Part shown: in pieces, positions 62,789 to 64,000 of the stretch
Position numbering within the stretch: position 1 is the stretch's first letter
Layout of the letters: each line of letters starts with the position of its first letter
DNA from: Malacoraja senta
Taxonomy: Eukaryota
NCBI GenBank assembly: GCA_038087875.1
Contig: JAXLNO010001064.1
Span: 124,001-188,000, forward strand
Length of the DNA: 64,000 nt
Reading direction: 5' to 3'
Notes under the pieces: model-generated
Seen by the model: only the letters and a program-made list of their open reading frames with translations
Told to the model about the DNA's origin: nothing
The model's database searches: none
Made by a program: the position numbers and the translations under genes

Positions 62789-63061
62789 CCTGATCCACTT
62801 CAACATTGGTGTCTCCAGTGAGAACAATGGAGGTATTTTCCTGCACTTCCCATGTGTACAGATTGGGATTTCCTGCTTCAACGTGTTGGATTATCAGATA
62901 GATGGCGTTATTCAGACGGATCTGATCAGTGTTGTTCCTCCTGTTCTGCTGAGATGAGCCTCTTGTTTTCCAGTGAAGACTGATGGTATCTGGGAGTCTG
63001 GAGATGGTACAGCTGAGGGTGATGTCACTGCCCATCACTGGCCTCGGTGAGTCGGCCTCAA
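62789..63061 (-). CDS. Copy B exon, Ig domain D2
   Basis: Reverse-complement homolog of 1348-1620 with the same splice sites; 273 nt, open (ORF 62745-63077). The B D1 exon falls beyond the window end. Confidence 0.88.
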
Positions 63062-63185
63062 CTGTGAAAACAGACACATGTGGTTCAGTTCACCAACAGC
63101 TTTCTGAACTACTGTGGGCAGAATTGTCTTTTTCCTGCAGACAGACAGTCGGCTGAATGTTGAGCTGCCGTGCTCAGTGATGTCA

Positions 63186-63515
63186 TCAACACTTCCTGGT
63201 AGTGACCACCTGTCCCCCTCGCCCCCCTCGTCTCCGACATCAACACTTCCTGGTAGTGACCACCTGTCCCCCCCGCCCCCTCGTCACCCACATCAACACT
63301 TCCTGGTAGTGACCACCTGTCCCCCTCGTCTCCCACATCAACACTTCCTGGTAGTGACCACCTGTCCCCCTCGCCCCCCTCGTCTCCGACATCAACACTT
63401 CCTGGTAGTGACCACCTGTCCCCCTCGCCCCCTCGTCTCCCACATCAACACTTCCAGGTAGTGACCACCTGTCCCCCTCGCCCCCTCGTCTCCCACATCA
63501 ACGCTTCCAGGTAGG
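63186..63515 (-). repeat. About 53-bp G-rich minisatellite, about 6 units, in intron D1-D2 of copy B (about 1.3 units in copy A at 1156-1230)
   Basis: Unit GGTGGTCACTACCAGGAAGTGTTGATGTGGGAGACGAGGGGGGCGAGGGGGACA on the minus strand. Confidence 0.9.
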
Positions 63516-64000
63516 GATGTTTTTAGTATAGTAGAAACACAGAACTGCATATGCTGGTTAATATATAAAAGGACATAAAGTGCAGGAGTAATTCAGCAGG
63601 TCTGGTAATATGAATATCACTGCCCCTTAATTGGTACACGTGACAATAAAATACCTTTGAACTCTAGAGAACATAGATAGGTGACGTTTCTGGTTGAGAC
63701 CCTTCTTCAGTGATTATATTTCTTGGATGTCTTTAACTGCGATTTTATGGGAGTGAATAAAATCACGAGGCATATCTATAGTAAACGCACATGGTCTATT
63801 TTCCAGGGTTGGGGAATCAAAAACTAGGTAGTACATGTTTAAGGTGAGAGGGGCAGATTTGATATACCCCTTAATATTAGGGGCAGTTTTTTGACAAAAA
63901 GTGTGGTACATGAACATACTTTATGGAAAGATCGAGCAGAGGAAGTGTTTGATGCAGGTACAGTATTTAAAGGGCATTTAAACAGGTGTATGGAAAAAAA

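Larger units (their letters stand above)
54510..64000 (-). repeat. Arm 2 of the inverted segmental duplication
   Basis: Reverse complement of about 670-8826, plus two extra TE insertions and an expanded minisatellite; continues past the window end. Confidence 0.95.

Overview
Vertebrate genomic DNA, most likely a cartilaginous fish (skate/ray-like, inferred from HE1/V-SINE, CR1 and Penelope repeat families); repeat-dense, with two N gaps (13714-14001, 22405-22604). The main content is an inverted, tail-to-tail pair of multi-exon Ig-superfamily receptor genes with a CD4/LAG-3-like V-C2-V-C2-TM layout. Copy A (+, 203-13241) has four cytoplasmic exons with a canonical ITIM and two further Tyr motifs. 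Copy B (-, 55281 to beyond 64000) has a near-identical ectodomain, a remodelled TM exon with Arg and Glu, and no homolog of the ITIM exons in the window. This is the signature of a paired inhibitory/activating receptor system. Each copy carries a different frameshift in the D4 exon. Between them lie a tandem C2H2 zinc-finger gene with a CpG-rich candidate first exon, a structurally complete DIRS1-type tyrosine-recombinase retrotransposon, an internally deleted BEL/Pao LTR element carrying a tRNA-Asp+CCA copy, a 3.1-kb hAT-like element with a 5-bp TSD nested in a CR1, a 237-bp fold-back inverted repeat, several minisatellites and many LINE/SINE/Penelope fragments, some with minimal hammerhead ribozyme motifs. 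All identities and family assignments are by eye; no database searches were run.
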